Shown here one piece after another: positions 45,020 through 58,500 of a DNA stretch of 64,000 nt. The position numbers and the translations under genes are program-made. The DNA is from Azolla caroliniana. Lineage: Eukaryota > Plantae > Polypodiophyta. The notes beneath the pieces were generated by a model that had not been told where the DNA came from, searched no databases, and saw nothing but the letters and a program-made list of their open reading frames with translations. The stretch is taken from positions 17,298,001 through 17,362,000 of the forward strand of contig JBHGNT010000002.1 in assembly GCA_043228905.1 (NCBI GenBank). Reading direction: 5' to 3'. Each line of letters begins with the position of its first letter. Positions within the stretch are counted from its first letter, which is position 1.

Positions 45020-48000
45020 GCATCTCGATGAAGGAAGCTGACATCAACACGAAATATAAAACGGTGGATAAGAAGATCAAGCCAGTTGTGGTTCCGCTAT
45101 CGGAAGATAGTTGGCAAAAGATGAAGGAAGTCGCTAACGATCCAAGCTTAAGAGATCCGAAGAAGATAGGTCATGTCTTCACCAAAGAGACGAAGGGGAA
45201 GCTACGAGTTGGAAAGGAGGATTTCCTTCTCCTTGAAGAGGAGCGAATGTTTCGCGATATGCTTGAGAGACATGGGAAGGCTTTTGCATTATTCCCACGA
45301 GAAATCGGATGCGCCGACCCAAAGGTTATAGAGCCGATGGTGATCTTCACGGTGCCTCATGTGCCTTGGAATTTGAAACCGATACCGGTTCCGAGAGCAC
45401 ACCTTCTGAAGCTAATCGAGCTCTTAAAGGAGAAGGTGAGTATGGGAATTCTAGAACCGTCAAATGCTCCTTATTCCAATAGGTGGTTCACGGTGCCGAA
45501 GAAGAATGGATCATTGCGATTCATCCAAGATCTTCAACCCGTCAACAAGGTGACAATTCGAAATGCCGGAATCGGTCCAAGTGTGGACGAATTTGCCGAA
45601 GCGTTTGCGGGCCGGTCCATCTACTCCATTGGCGATCTCTACTCCAGATATGACCAATTCCAATTGGCGATCGACAGTCGGGACATTACAATCATGAGGA
45701 CTCCGATCGGGCTTGTGCAGATGTGTACCTTACCCCAAGGCGCAATGAACTCGGTGGCTCATATGGTGAATGCCATGAATAAAGTCTTGAAGGATTGCAT
45801 TCCGGACATCATGATGCCATTCTTGGATGATATTCCGATAAAAGGATGTTCGGATGAGGAGAAAGATGAATCGAAAGATAAGGAAGGTTGTAGAAAGTTT
45901 TGCGGATCATATGAAAGATTGCGAGAAGGTGCTTCAAAGGCTCGAAGATGCGAATTTGACATTTTCGGGAGAAAAATCCGCATTCGGGCAACCGAAGATC
46001 TTGGTGGTAGGTCACTTGTGTGGAGCACACGGCCGAAAGCCCTCGCCATCCAAAGTGAACGCAATCCAAGACATGAAAGAAGAATGCGACAACCAAACGG
46101 AGGTTCGAAGGTTCCTTGGAGCGTGCGTGTTTTATCATATATGGATTCCTCACTATGCTCATGTCGCCGAACCGTTATATGGACTACTAAACAAAAGAAT
46201 AAAGTTCGAATGGCGAGACGAGCACACAAAGGCGATGCGAAGATTAAAGAAACTGCTTCTTGAAGCTCCGGCACTAAGGAAGGCCGACTATGCCGAAGGG
46301 AAACCAATTTACGTGATCGTAGATACAAGCCCAACCGGAATCGGGTGGGTCATCAATCAAGAAGGTGAAGATAATGCGCGATATGCCGTCCGGTTCGGAG
46401 CAAAGGTTCTCATCGAACGGCAACAAAGATATGCCCAAGTCAAGCAGGAACTTTGGGGTATTGTGTCGGCAGTGAAGACGGACAAAGATTACCTGATCGG
46501 GTCAGAAGTGATAATAGAGATAGATTGTCTCCCAATTCTCGGAATGGTCTCGGGATGTGCGACCCCAGATCTTGCTATGCTAAGGTGGATCGCCTACATC
46601 AAGTCTTTAAACCTAAAGATCCGTCACATTGCAAGGAAGAAGAACGCCATGGCTGACATGTTGTCGAGGGCAAGATTTTCAAACAGAAGTAACATGGTTT
46701 CGGTAGATGAAGATGTCGCCCTCGACTTCTTCAAGATGGCTCGATTGTCGGCGGAAGACCAGGACACGCAAACCCTCCACGCCTTCAACGAGAACGAGTA
46801 CGAAGGAGAGTGGTTACTCATCGGTAGATTCCTAAGAACATTGACGACAGATGCTTCGTTGACAAAGGAGGAGGCCCTATGGATCCGAAAGAAAGCTTAC
46901 CGAAAGGGAGGATTCCTTTGGCGACATCCAAAAAGAAGGACAGGAATACCACGTCGAGTGGTGGTAAAGAAAGAAGAGCAAGAGACACTGATGACCGAAT
47001 TCCACGAGAGTGCTTGGGCATGTCATAGAGGAACATGGGCGACGTTCGAAAAGTTGAAGGAGAAGTACTGGTGGCCAAGCATGTACAAAGATGTACTCCA
47101 TTTCGTGTCCACATGCGAAACTTGCCAAATATATTCAAATATATGTCATCGTGATGAGTTACAGCCGACATACCCACTCACCATACACTTCAAATGGATG
47201 GTGGATCTGGTCTCGATGCCAATGGGAGTGGGACAAATGAAGTACTTAGCGCTGGCAAGGGAAGACTTGACGAATCAAGTGGAAGGACGAGCCTTGACAA
47301 ATAAGACGACTTCAGCCGTTTGCAAATTTCTGCTTGAAGAGGTTGTTTGCCGATATGGATGTGTAGGGAAGATAGTGGCGGACCGAGGGGAGTTGGACGC
47401 GCACGAAGCGACAGAGCTCTTCGAAAGACTAGGCGTGAAGCTCTCCCTCACGACTGCCTACAATCCGGAAGCGAATGGGAAGATCGAGCGAGGGCATGGA
47501 CCTATTGTTAAAGCCATCGTACGGGCATGCAACGGTTGAGTCGGGAATTGGCCACGACTATTACCCTATGCCTTGTAGGCTGATAGAACGACACATAGCT
47601 CGGTGACAGGGTATATGCCGACGGAGCTTATGTATGGAAAAAAGCCGATTATGCCCATCGAAAGGACGATCGCCTCATGGGTAGTGATACCGTGGGAGAA
47701 CGAGATGAGCCGAGAAGAGTTATTAGCGGCGCGGATAAGGCAACTTGAAAGAAGACCTGAAGATTTAAAAAAAGCGCGAAAGATGATGAAGGCAGCCCGA
47801 GTAAAGAATAAGGTTCGTTTCGACAACACACATCGACTTCGTCCCAAGAAGATTGAAGAAGGGGATTGGGTTTTGGTTTACGACAGCACCCTTGACAATC
47901 AACACAGTACAACAAGGAAGTTCGCAAGAAGATGGTTCGGGCAGTATGTGGTGACAAGTGCCAACGAAAATGCCACATACCACCTTGCGGAACTAGACGG

Positions 48001-49963
48001 ATCAAGGTTGGCCGTACCCAATGTGGGAAAAAGACTAAAGATTTTCAAGAAAAGACAAGACAAGGATCCTGACCTCGATTACCTCGATGATGAACATAAT
48101 AGGAGGGATGAAAATGAAGACATGGAGGAATCTAATTGATCATCGTAGCTGAAATCTCACTTTCTCTCTTCTTGGCACGTACCGGAGGACGTGCTGTTTG
48201 GTGGGGGTGGATGTCATGAAGATTTTCAACAATAGTATGAAAATCCCATAAAACGTACGAAATCGAGTATGAATCACATAATACAATAATTGTGAAGATA
48301 ACATTTTAAATAAATTTAATATCTAAGTACAAAATGATGGAGGTTTCGAATGCACTTTATTACAAGAGAAACAAACAACTAAATGTCAAGATATGAGGGT
48401 ATAAAGTTTGTGAAAGGAAAAGAGAAAATTGTGAGATATCCCACATAGGCACGACAAATACGACTCTCATCATATATAAGGTAGAGCAAAAGATATTATC
48501 TTTGTGTCTATATGTGGAGCATAGAGAGTTCAAGGTAACTTGAACTAAGAGTGGAGGTGGGCTAGCTACTCGTAAAGGGTTTTGGCCAACCAAAACCGGA
48601 CCGGCAATGGAGCCGGTGATCCGACGGTAATCTGGCATCCGGCGAGGCACCGGTAACCGATGGCAATCCGGCATCCGGCGCCGGTGAGACGACGGCATCC
48701 GGCGGGGCACCGGTAACCGACAACATCCGGCGGCGACACCGGTATCCGGCAGCAACCGGCGACGGCATCCAGCGCAGGTGAGACGACGGCATCCGGCGGT
48801 GGTGAGACGACGGCATCTAACGAACCGGCGTCCGGCGACTAGATAAATAAATATATAAATATATATACATATATACATATACAAGGAGGGCAAGTAAGGA
48901 TTCGAACCTTGCACCTCCAAGTTAAGAGTCAATTGGCTTACCATTAAGCCATGCTATTTAGTTGAAATTATATTTCTATCATTGTACTTTTACATGTAAA
49001 TTCTCATACATGGGAGCTAAAATGAGTGACATGGTTATCATGCACCACATGTAATACATAAGCGCCAAATGGCAAACATGGAATTTATGCATGTCTTGTA
49101 CCCTCACATGTATCATATGCATGAGAGCATCTATAAAAGAAGGAAGGGGAAGAGAAAAAACACGGTTTTTTTTTATGAAAATTAAGAGGAAGAAATTCGT
49201 TATCAAATTGATAGTGTAACTTGTTTCTTAAATCTAAAGTTAAAAGTTCAATCAATCTCTCTCAATCATGTAATCTCAACTTCTCTCTTTCCGAATCTAT
49301 CTTAAGTACTTTCTCGCTAAAGCTTGCGCCAAAGCTTGTACTGACTTTGAATCCTTCCGGTCCAGAACCCCGGCGGTTCCACCTCATGATCCGCGTGTAG
49401 TGACAGATCTTCACGACACCGTGCGTGGAAAACGGGGTTCTTCGCGAGCTGGATGCTGCTGAGGTTGTCGCAATAGATCGTCGTCGGATCTGACACCTCC
49501 TCTTCCAGGTCCCTAAGTAGCCGCTTCAACCATATGGCTTCGCATGTCGTGACAGCCGCTCCTCGGTACTCAGCTTCGGTGCTCGACAGTGCAACTGTCG
49601 GCTGCTTCTTACTGCTCCACGCGATCGCGGCACTCCCGAGGGAGAACGCGTATCCGGACGTGGATCGGTGATGGGCGGCGTTGCCAACCCAATCAGCATC
49701 GGTGTAGCGGATTAATCAGCATCGGTGTAGCCAGTCCTTAGTGCCGTTGACATACCAAAGTATGCGTTGCGCACACTGGAGGTGCTCCTCAGTAGGTCGA
49801 GCCATGAACTGAGTGATCACTCCGACCGGATAACTAAGGTCGGGTCGGGTGATGGTCAAGTATATGAGGCTTCTGACAATTTGTCAGAACCTCGTCGGGT
49901 CGCATACCTTTCCCGTATCCGGAAGAACCTTGACGGTTCTGTCCAGAGGAATCGAGACGAACT

Positions 49964-52900
49964 TGTCACACACAGTGCTCGGCCACAACCGTCAAATAGG
50001 ATTAACTCACAGAAAATAGGAAATACAAAGTACACTAAGACAGTAGAGAGAAGAGTACACAGGATATTTTACGTGGAAAACCCTAAATGGGAAAAACCAC
50101 GGGAGTCCTCAAACTCCAACTATCACTATGAACAGAGATGTACAATGGTGAAGCTTCAAGGCAACAACCTTAAGCTCACTATCTTCGCCACAGGCGGCGG
50201 TAATACACAGAGGCAACGACCTCCTCGTCTCTCTCTCTCTCTCTCTCGGTTGCTCTCTTCACTCTCTCTAAGTGAAAACAGAAAAATAAGCAGCAACAAC
50301 AAACTGTTTGCCCTAAGTCATATTTATACACATATGACTTTCGGGCTATTTACAAATATAGCCTCAAGGGCTCTTGGCAAACATATTTATAAATATGTCC
50401 CCGCATCCGGATCTCTCTCCGGGTTCATTCATCATCCGGCTTCGTAGCCGGGTCTTCATCATCCGGCTCCGTAGCCGGGGTCTTCATCATCCGGATCCGT
50501 ATCCGGGTACTTCATCGTCCGGATCCGTATCCGGGTACTCTTCATCCGGCTTCATGCCGGGTACTTTTCATCATCCGGAGAGTGCGCTCACCGGACCTGT
50601 ATCTTCATCCGGTTCCGTAACCGTAACCGGGCTTGCCGTCATTCATCTCCGGACATCCCATCCGGAGGGACCGAAAATCCCAACAAACTCCCCCTTCACT
50701 TCGGCATGGGATGTCTCTCCAGTCCGACCCTCTTCCGGCACGCTTCCAGCTTGTCGGGTGTGAGCACTTTGGTCAGCATGTCTGACCCGTTCTCGTCCGT
50801 GTGGATCTTCGTCAGCACGAACTCCTGGTCTTCTATCCTTTCCCGGATCCAGTGATATCTTCGCTGGATGTGCTTTGTCCGGGAGTGATAGGCTGCGTTC
50901 TTCGCAAGGTGGATGGCACTCTGACTGTCGCAGTAGAGTCAGTACTCCTCTTGCCGGATACCAAGCTCTCTAATGAAGTCCTTCATCCATATTATTTCCT
51001 TGCCGGCTTCAACAGCTGCCATGTACTCCGCCTCCGTGGTTGACAACGCAACCGTCTTCTGCAGCCTCGACTGCCACGAAACAGCTCCCCCTGCATACGT
51101 CATCACATACCCTGATGTGGACCGGCTGGTATCTTCATCAGCCGACATATCCGAATCAGTGAAGCCGTCAAGTTCGGGCTTACAGGAGCCGAATCGGAGG
51201 CACATGTTTGTCGTGCCCTTCAGGTATCGGAGTATCCACTTGACCGCGTTCCAGTGCTCTTTGCCGGGATTGCTCATGTACCGGCTCACCGCTCCAACTG
51301 CATATCCTATGTCCGGTCTTGTACACACCATTGCGTACATCAAGCTTCTGACGGCAGAGGCATATGGTACTTTCATCATTTTCTCCTTCTCAGCCTTTGT
51401 CTTGGGGCTTTGCTTGCTGGACAACTTGCAGTTTGCCGGGAGGGTCGATCCGACCGGTCTTGCTTCCGACATGTTGAACCGGTGAAGCACCTTCGTCACG
51501 TACTTCTCCTGTGACAGCCACAACTGCTTCTTGTTCCGGTCCCGGATGATATGCATCCCCAGTATTTGCCTCGCCGGACCCAGGTCCTTCATTGAGAAGG
51601 TTCGGTGAAGAGCCTTCTTCAGCATCCGTATCTTGACCTGGTCCCGTCCGACGATCAACATGTCGTCCACGTATAGGAGGAGTATTAGAGAGTCTCCTCC
51701 GTCGAACTTCTTCACAAACACGCAGTGATCGGACTGCGTCTTGTGGTACCCTTCGTCGGTCATGAAGGAGTCGAACTTCCGGTACCACTGCCGGGGAGCC
51801 TGCTTCAGTCCATAAAGGCTCTTCTTCAACCGGCATACCAGGTGCTCCTTCCCTTTCTTCTCGAATCCTTCCGGTTGCTGCATGTAGATCTCTTCTTCGA
51901 GGTCACCGTGAAGGAATGCCGTCTTCACGTCCATCTGTTCTACCTCGAGGTCCATGCTTGCCGCTATGCTCAGCACCGTCCGGATGGAGGTCATCTTCAC
52001 TACCGGGGCAAATATCTCGTCGAAGTCGACGCCCTTCTTCTGCTGAAACCCCTTCACCACGATCCTGGCTTTGTATCTCGGGGGGTTTCCGGCATCTCCC
52101 GGTTTCAGCTTGAACACCCACTTGTTTCGAAGTGCCCGCTTTCCTTTCGGCAACTCCACAAGTTCATATGTGTGGTTCTCATGCAGGGAGTCCATCTCCT
52201 CCTGCATGGCACTTAACCACCTGCGGCTATGTGTGTCAAGCTCTGCTTCTTCAAAATTCTCCGGCTCCCCCTCGTCGGTTAGCAGCACGTGCTCTGGTTC
52301 CGGAAATCTCCGGGGGGCCCTTCTCTCTCTTAGAGGATATCTCCGTTCCGGAGCTTCGGTAACCGGTTCTTCCGATTCTTCTTCATCCGAATCCATTTCG
52401 GGATCGGGGCCGGTTCCGGTATCATTTTCATCTTCTTCGGCCGGTTCTATTTCTTCACCGTCTTCGGCCGGATCCTCGAGTGCTAACCGGACCCTTGCCG
52501 GTCGGGACTGCTCCTCGTAGAGTTGATCCTCACCGGTCGACTTGGAGCTCTTCATCTTCTTCTCCGACTCCCAGTCGACGAGTGTCTTGTCCTCCATGAA
52601 GATGATGTCTCGACTCCTGAATATCTTCTTGTCGACCGGGTCCCATACTCGGTAGCCGAACTCGTCGTCGCCGTAACCGAGGAATATGCATGGCCGGGTC
52701 TTTGGATCTAGCTTTCCTCTCCGGTCCTTTGCCACATGCACGTATGCGAGACACCCGAACACCTTCAGATGCCGGTAGGACACTTCCTTACCGGTCCACA
52801 CTCTCTGCGGCGTGTCTCCATCCAAAGGTACTGAGGGTGATCTGTTTATCACATATGTCGCCGTCGACATTGCCTCAGCCCAAAATCCCTTGGGTAATTT

Positions 52901-55522
52901 CGCATGCGCCAGCATACTCCGGACCCTCTCCATTATGGTCCGGTTCATCCTCTCGGCCAACCCGTTCAGTTCCGGCGTCTTCGGCACAGTAAACTCGAGC
53001 CGGATTCCCTTCGAGCGACAGTACTCCTGGAACTGTCCCCGGTATTCCCCTCCGTTATCCGCTCGTATCGCTTTCAGCTTCTTGCCGGATTCTCTTTCCA
53101 CTCTCGCGTGGAGTTCTTTGAAGACGGACAATACTTGGTCCTTTGTCTTCAACGGTGCCGTCCACAGCTTCCGGCTGTGGTCATCAATGAATGTCACGAA
53201 GTACTGGGCACCGCCATGTGACTTCGTTTCTACCTGGCACACATCAGTGTGTACCAACTCCAATGGTACACTACGTCTCATCGGTGGCCTTGAGTGGAAG
53301 GAGGTCCGGTTTTGCTTACCGGCCAGACAGTCGGTACACTTCCCCAAGTGTACATGCTTTACCGGTATCAGTTTGTCTTCGGCAAGCCTCTTCATCCCCT
53401 TCTCGCTCATGTGGCACAGTCTCTTGTGCCATAGCTCACCGGCAGTGTCGGCTGCCACATTCAGCTCCTCCGGACATAGCCGGGAATTCATCAGGTACAG
53501 CGTGTTGATCTTCCGGGCCCGAGCCACTATCAGGCTTCCTTTGCTGAACTTCATGACACCGTTCCGGATGCTACCCGTGTAGCCTTCATCGTCTAGCCTC
53601 CCGGCCGAAATCAGGTTCAATCGAACCTCCGGAACGTGTCGAACATCCTTCAGCAGCATCTTGCATCCGGTTGATGTCATCAGCCACACGTCTCCTATGC
53701 CGGCAATCCGGCATGTACCTTCATTTCCCATCCGGACACAACCATGCTCACCGGCTGTGTAGGATGAGAAGTATTTCTTCTCCGGGGTCAGGTGGAACGA
53801 CGCTCCGGAATCGACCACCCAGGTCATCTCTTCTCCGGCAAGGTTCAGCTCCCTCTCTTCGGTAATGAGCATGATCTCCTCTTCACTTGCCGCGAGTGCC
53901 GTCGTTCCTTTCCGGTCCTGCCCTCGCCGATCCGGACCTCTCCGGTCCGTGGCTCCCCGGTATGCACCGTTTCTGTCCGGTGACTTCTTCGAATCGGTGT
54001 CGTCGGCTCCGTTGTCCTTTCGGTAATGCCGACAATTCTTCCGGAAGTGCCCCGGCTTCCCACAGTGGAAGCATGTGGGCCTTCCTCTTGACTGCGACCG
54101 GGTCCCCGACTTCTCCCGTCTTTGCGGACTCCGGTTCCATTGTCTTCCCCGTTCCGATTCGGTAAGCAGCGCCTTCGAGTCGGAGGCCGGTTCTTTATCT
54201 CTCCGACGCGCTTCTTCGTTCAAAATACTTGTCTTTACCGTTTGTAAAGACAGGTTATCTTCGGTGCAGGAGGTGCTGAGAGTCACCACCAAGTTCTCCC
54301 AACTTTCCGGCAATGTACACATCAGAATGATGGCTTGCATTGCATCCTCCAGCGGGAACTTGATCGCCGCAAGCTGGTTCACGAATCCCATGAACGTGCT
54401 TACGTGTTCCACCATACTCTCGCCGTCCCGGTACTTGAGGTTCACTATCTTCCTCATCAGGGAGGTCCGGTTCAACGCATTCTTCCTCTCGTAGAGGCCC
54501 GACAGCTTCTTCCACATCTCATATGCGTTGGTGTCGTTTGCCACATGTTGTAGGACGCTTACATCGACATATTGTCGGATCGTCGCTACGGCTTTCCGGT
54601 TCAGGAGCTTCCACTCCGACTCAAGTACCCCTTTCGGTATTTCCGACCTGTCAATCGGTTCGTACAGGTCCCGAACAATCAGAAGATCCTCCATCTTGAT
54701 CTTCCAATCGGCGTAGTTCTGCGCATTCAGCACCATCATCCCCGGCTGCCCGCTGCTGCCGCCTTCCATTTTCTGCACTGCCGTCGCTCTGATACCACTT
54801 TGTCACACACAGTGCTCGGCCACAACCGTCAAATAGGATTAACTCACAGAAAATAGGAAATACAAAGTACACTAAGACAGTAGAGAGAAGAGTACACAGG
54901 ATATTTTACGTGGAAAACCCTAAATGGGAAAAACCACGGGAGTCCTCAAACTCCAACTATCACTATGAACAGAGATGTACAATGGTGAAGCTTCAAGGCA
55001 ACAACCTTAAGCTCACTATCTTCGCCACAGGCGGCGGTAATACACAGAGGCAACGACCTCCTCGTCTCTCTCTCTCTCTCTCTCGGCTGCTCTCTTCACT
55101 CTCTCTAAGTGAAAACAGAAAAATAAGCAGCAACAACAAACTGTTTGCCCTAAGTCATATTTATACACATATGACTTTCGGGCTATTTACAAATATAGCC
55201 TCAAGGGCTCTTGGCAAACATATTTATAAATATGTCCCCGCATCCGGATCTCTCTCCGGGTTCATTCATCATCCGGCTCCGTAGCCGGGTCTTCGTCATC
55301 CGGCTCCGTAGCCGGGGTCTTCATCATCCGGATCCGTATCCGGGTACTTCATCGTCCGGATCCGTATCCGGGTACTCTTCATCCGGCTTCATGCCGGGTA
55401 CTTTTCATCATCCGGAGAGTGCGCTCACCGGACCTGTATCTTCATCCGGTTCCGTAACCGTAACCGGGCTTGCCGTCATTCATCTCCGGACATCCCATCC
55501 GGAGGGACCGAAAATCCCAACA
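49964..55522 (-). mobile_element. Ty1/copia element J (same family as C), young and full length
   Basis: Two 722-bp LTRs (49964-50685, 54801-55522) with about 3 differences by eye. TSD GAACT. tRNA-iMet PBS and PPT present. Confidence 0.96.
50696..54769 (-). pseudogene. gag-pol polyprotein of copia J, intact except one TGA at 50939-50941 in RNase H
   Basis: 1279-aa ORF with a CCHC knuckle, PR (VVDSGAS), INT and RT (YVDD). Sister C has CGA (Arg) at the stop and continues LYCDSQSAI...MLTK. Confidence 0.93.
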
Positions 55523-55569
55523 GAACTTACAGTCGGCCATCCCGAATTTGAAGAGCATACTCAGCACGT

Positions 55570-58500
55570 TGTCGTGAAGAAAACCGTCCACAAGCGGAAT
55601 CGGTGTACCGGAGCGTAGGAACCGACTCTTCATGCACGTGCGCCTTATGTAGTACATAGGAGATCCTAGGTAGATTAGGTAGGTAGGAAGTAAGGGGGAA
55701 ACGGCTCCTTCCTTGCCTATAAAAGGAGGGAGACGAGGAGGGCCGAGGGATCGCGGAGAGTCGAGGACGAAGTGCTGTTGGTTTGCGTGCGAAGGCTTCT
55801 CTCTCTCTCTCTGGTTCGCAAACTCCATAGCTTCCTTCTGTGCAGGTTTCGGGAGGCTCACGCTGCTCTGAGGAATGCCCGAGTGCTTCCGGCAGCACCT
55901 CCAACCTGCTCCTGTCTTTCTGTGCGTTTACGAACAGGCATCAACATCTGTTCACCGGCCTGTTCGGCTATAACCAACTTCGTGTTGTTTTTTTTTGTTG
56001 CTTCGTGTACTTGTTGTTGTCTTTGTTAATACATACATACCTTCGTGTCTCTCTGTGTCGCTGTCCCACTCGCGTCTTTGCTTCGAAGGTCCGTGTCCCT
56101 GTGAATCTACGCTCCCACGTAGTGGGTCTCTTCTCTTTCTCTCTTGCTCTTCAGTACAGGACCCCCGAGGTCCCGCCTCACTCCACGTATCCGCGAGGAA
56201 TACCTCGACATCTTTGGTGAACCCGACGTGAAAGAGGCGGCAGAAGAGCAGAAGATGAAAGGGTCGGATCTTGCAGAGGCCATGGCTTCGGCCGTGGATC
56301 GGATATTGAGTGCACGCGAGGGCACCGGCGCCCTCGACAGAGCCATTGAGGCGGTCGTCGGTACGATAGGCCGGTTCAACGGAAAGGATGCCACGAAGTA
56401 TTTGGCGTCCTACGGGGCAGAAATGCTGATGCGGGACATTCCGGAAGAGAGGCGTCTTGCCGGGTTTCCTCGAGTGGCGATGCCACGCATCCATGCGGAG
56501 GTGCTCGAGGTGCGGGCGGAGAGCCGTACCTGGGAGGAGTTCGAAGGCCGACTCCTAGAAAATACGGGCTGGACGACGCGCTCCGGCTTTCAAAAAGGGA
56601 CTTCATGGAATGGGTGGAGTTCCCCGGCAAGGGAAGAAACGTGACATCACTCCTCCGGGAGTTCGAAGAACGCTTTGTGCGCCTTTCGGCGCTTGACCGA
56701 ACCGTTCTGGATACGAGCCTGGTCCTACTGTTCGTCAAGTCGGTGGACGAGCGGGACCGGGACCAAGTCGGCTCCTTGCTGGAAACCGAGGACGGGCTGA
56801 CAACCGACTGGGCTGCGGTTAAGAGAGTCTGTGGCCGTTTCGATAAACGGCGAGAATGGGCTGACAACGGGGCGGCCGGTGCGGGCTCTGTCACAGCAAG
56901 GAGGCTTGAACCGGCACCGCGACTGCGAAGGGAAGAAACCCGCGAATGGCTCGAAACCGGTCCGGCTTCGACCGGCATGGTCAATGGCTCGTCCGGAGGA
57001 GCAGCGCTGGAGGAATTGACGCGGGCGATAAAGGATCTCCAGATCGCCCAGACTCGAAGGGAAGGCGGCGAACCGGCTCGTGACCGACGGCCGGTAGCGG
57101 GGAACAGGTGCATGTGGTGCGACGAGGTCGGCCACATTCGGAAGGACTGCGGCGATTTCGCAGAAGCGTTGAGGAACCGGGTGGTGTACCTGTGGGAAGG
57201 CCGGGTGCACGCCGACGACACCAGGAGGGCCTTGAACCGAAACGATGGACGCGGAGGTATGAAGAGACTGATGGAAGAGGCAGCGGCCCGACACGTGGAA
57301 GCCATCCACTACTCGGCGTCGGCCGGCATTCGGGTCGGGTGCAGCGAGGCCCGAAAGGAGGGCAAAGACGGATTCTGGGCGGTAATGCTGGAAGGTCTTG
57401 CCGGTGCACGGCTAAGGAAAGATGAAACGGACCGCGCTGAGAGACGGGTCCGGGAAATAACCGGGTTGAGCGATCCGGTCGAGGAGAAGACGGGCTTCGT
57501 AGAAGCCGCCTGCCGGAACTACGAGGCTCTGGTAGAAGACAAGCGAGTAGGGAAAGCCGGAGCGGCCGGGCCCTCACAACGGTACGAGACCCGATTCGGG
57601 CAACGACGGAACGATGCCGGCGGGTTCAGCTCGCAAGATAACCCCAGGAAGGGCGGATACCGACTGGGGACGGAAATAGAAAGGACTACGGACCTACGGA
57701 AGGTTCTAGAGGAACGGATCCTCGACAGCAAAGTGGAGCTGTCATTGCGAGAGGTGCTAGGGATCGCCAAGAAGGAGTTCCACGACTCCATTGTAGACTT
57801 GGTGAAACGGAAGAGGCTGTCGACGGAGACGGATCCGGAAAGACCGGTAGAGGTGCGAACGACGCACATCGACGACTCGGCGCTGGCAGATGAGTGGGCG
57901 GAGAGCCACTATTCGAGGCCACACTGGGCCCGAGCGACCACGGAGACCCTGGTAAAGATCGGAGATGTTCAGGAACCGGTGGTGGCGTTGGTGGACCACG
58001 GTTCGGAAATAAACCTGATGTCCATGGACTTCTATAAGAAGGGGAAGTGGCCGATCAACACCATGCACGGGTGGAAGATATGGGCGGCGACGCGCGCCAC
58101 CGAGGAACTGCATGGGGCCTGCCCGAACGTGCGAGTCAAGATCGGCGACGTCGAGATTGACCAGCACTTCTTCGTACAGGAGACGTCCTCGCACCCGGTC
58201 ATATTAGCTGAACCATACATCACGGCGGCATGGATGGAGACCAAAGTGCTGGACAACGGGTCGGCCTACGCGAGGGTCAAAAGCTAGGACGGGCGCCATT
58301 CGGTCCAATTTCTGACGGTGCGGCCGAACCACGAGAGAAACCGCGAATCCCTCGGTGGCGAGAACCGAGAGGATTTTTAGAGAGGGCTGCCAAGGCGTGG
58401 GGCCGAGACAGCCCGGACACTCGGAAAAGACCCCACGACTGTACGATAGGTAGGAAAATTTGCTTCTCCAGCCACGGAGGGTGTATGATAGTCGGCATCG

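Larger units (their letters stand above)
41118..49418 (+). mobile_element. Gypsy element G (tRNA-Trp-primed, 4-bp TSD, Phygy/DUF4100-type by inference), full length but defective
   Basis: LTRs 41118-42276 and 48212-49418. TSD CCGT. PBS tggtgaacccaacgtgaa 42285-42302. PPT 48200-48211. gag 42338-43768 (CMWCDSMDHMRRDC), PR to 44541, RT-RH-INT to 48139. Confidence 0.95.

Noticed and set aside
56376-57577. Long antisense ORFs opposite gag/pol of F (similar in C, E, J)
   Set aside because: Shadow ORFs of GC-rich coding sequence with no motifs and inconsistent boundaries between sister copies.
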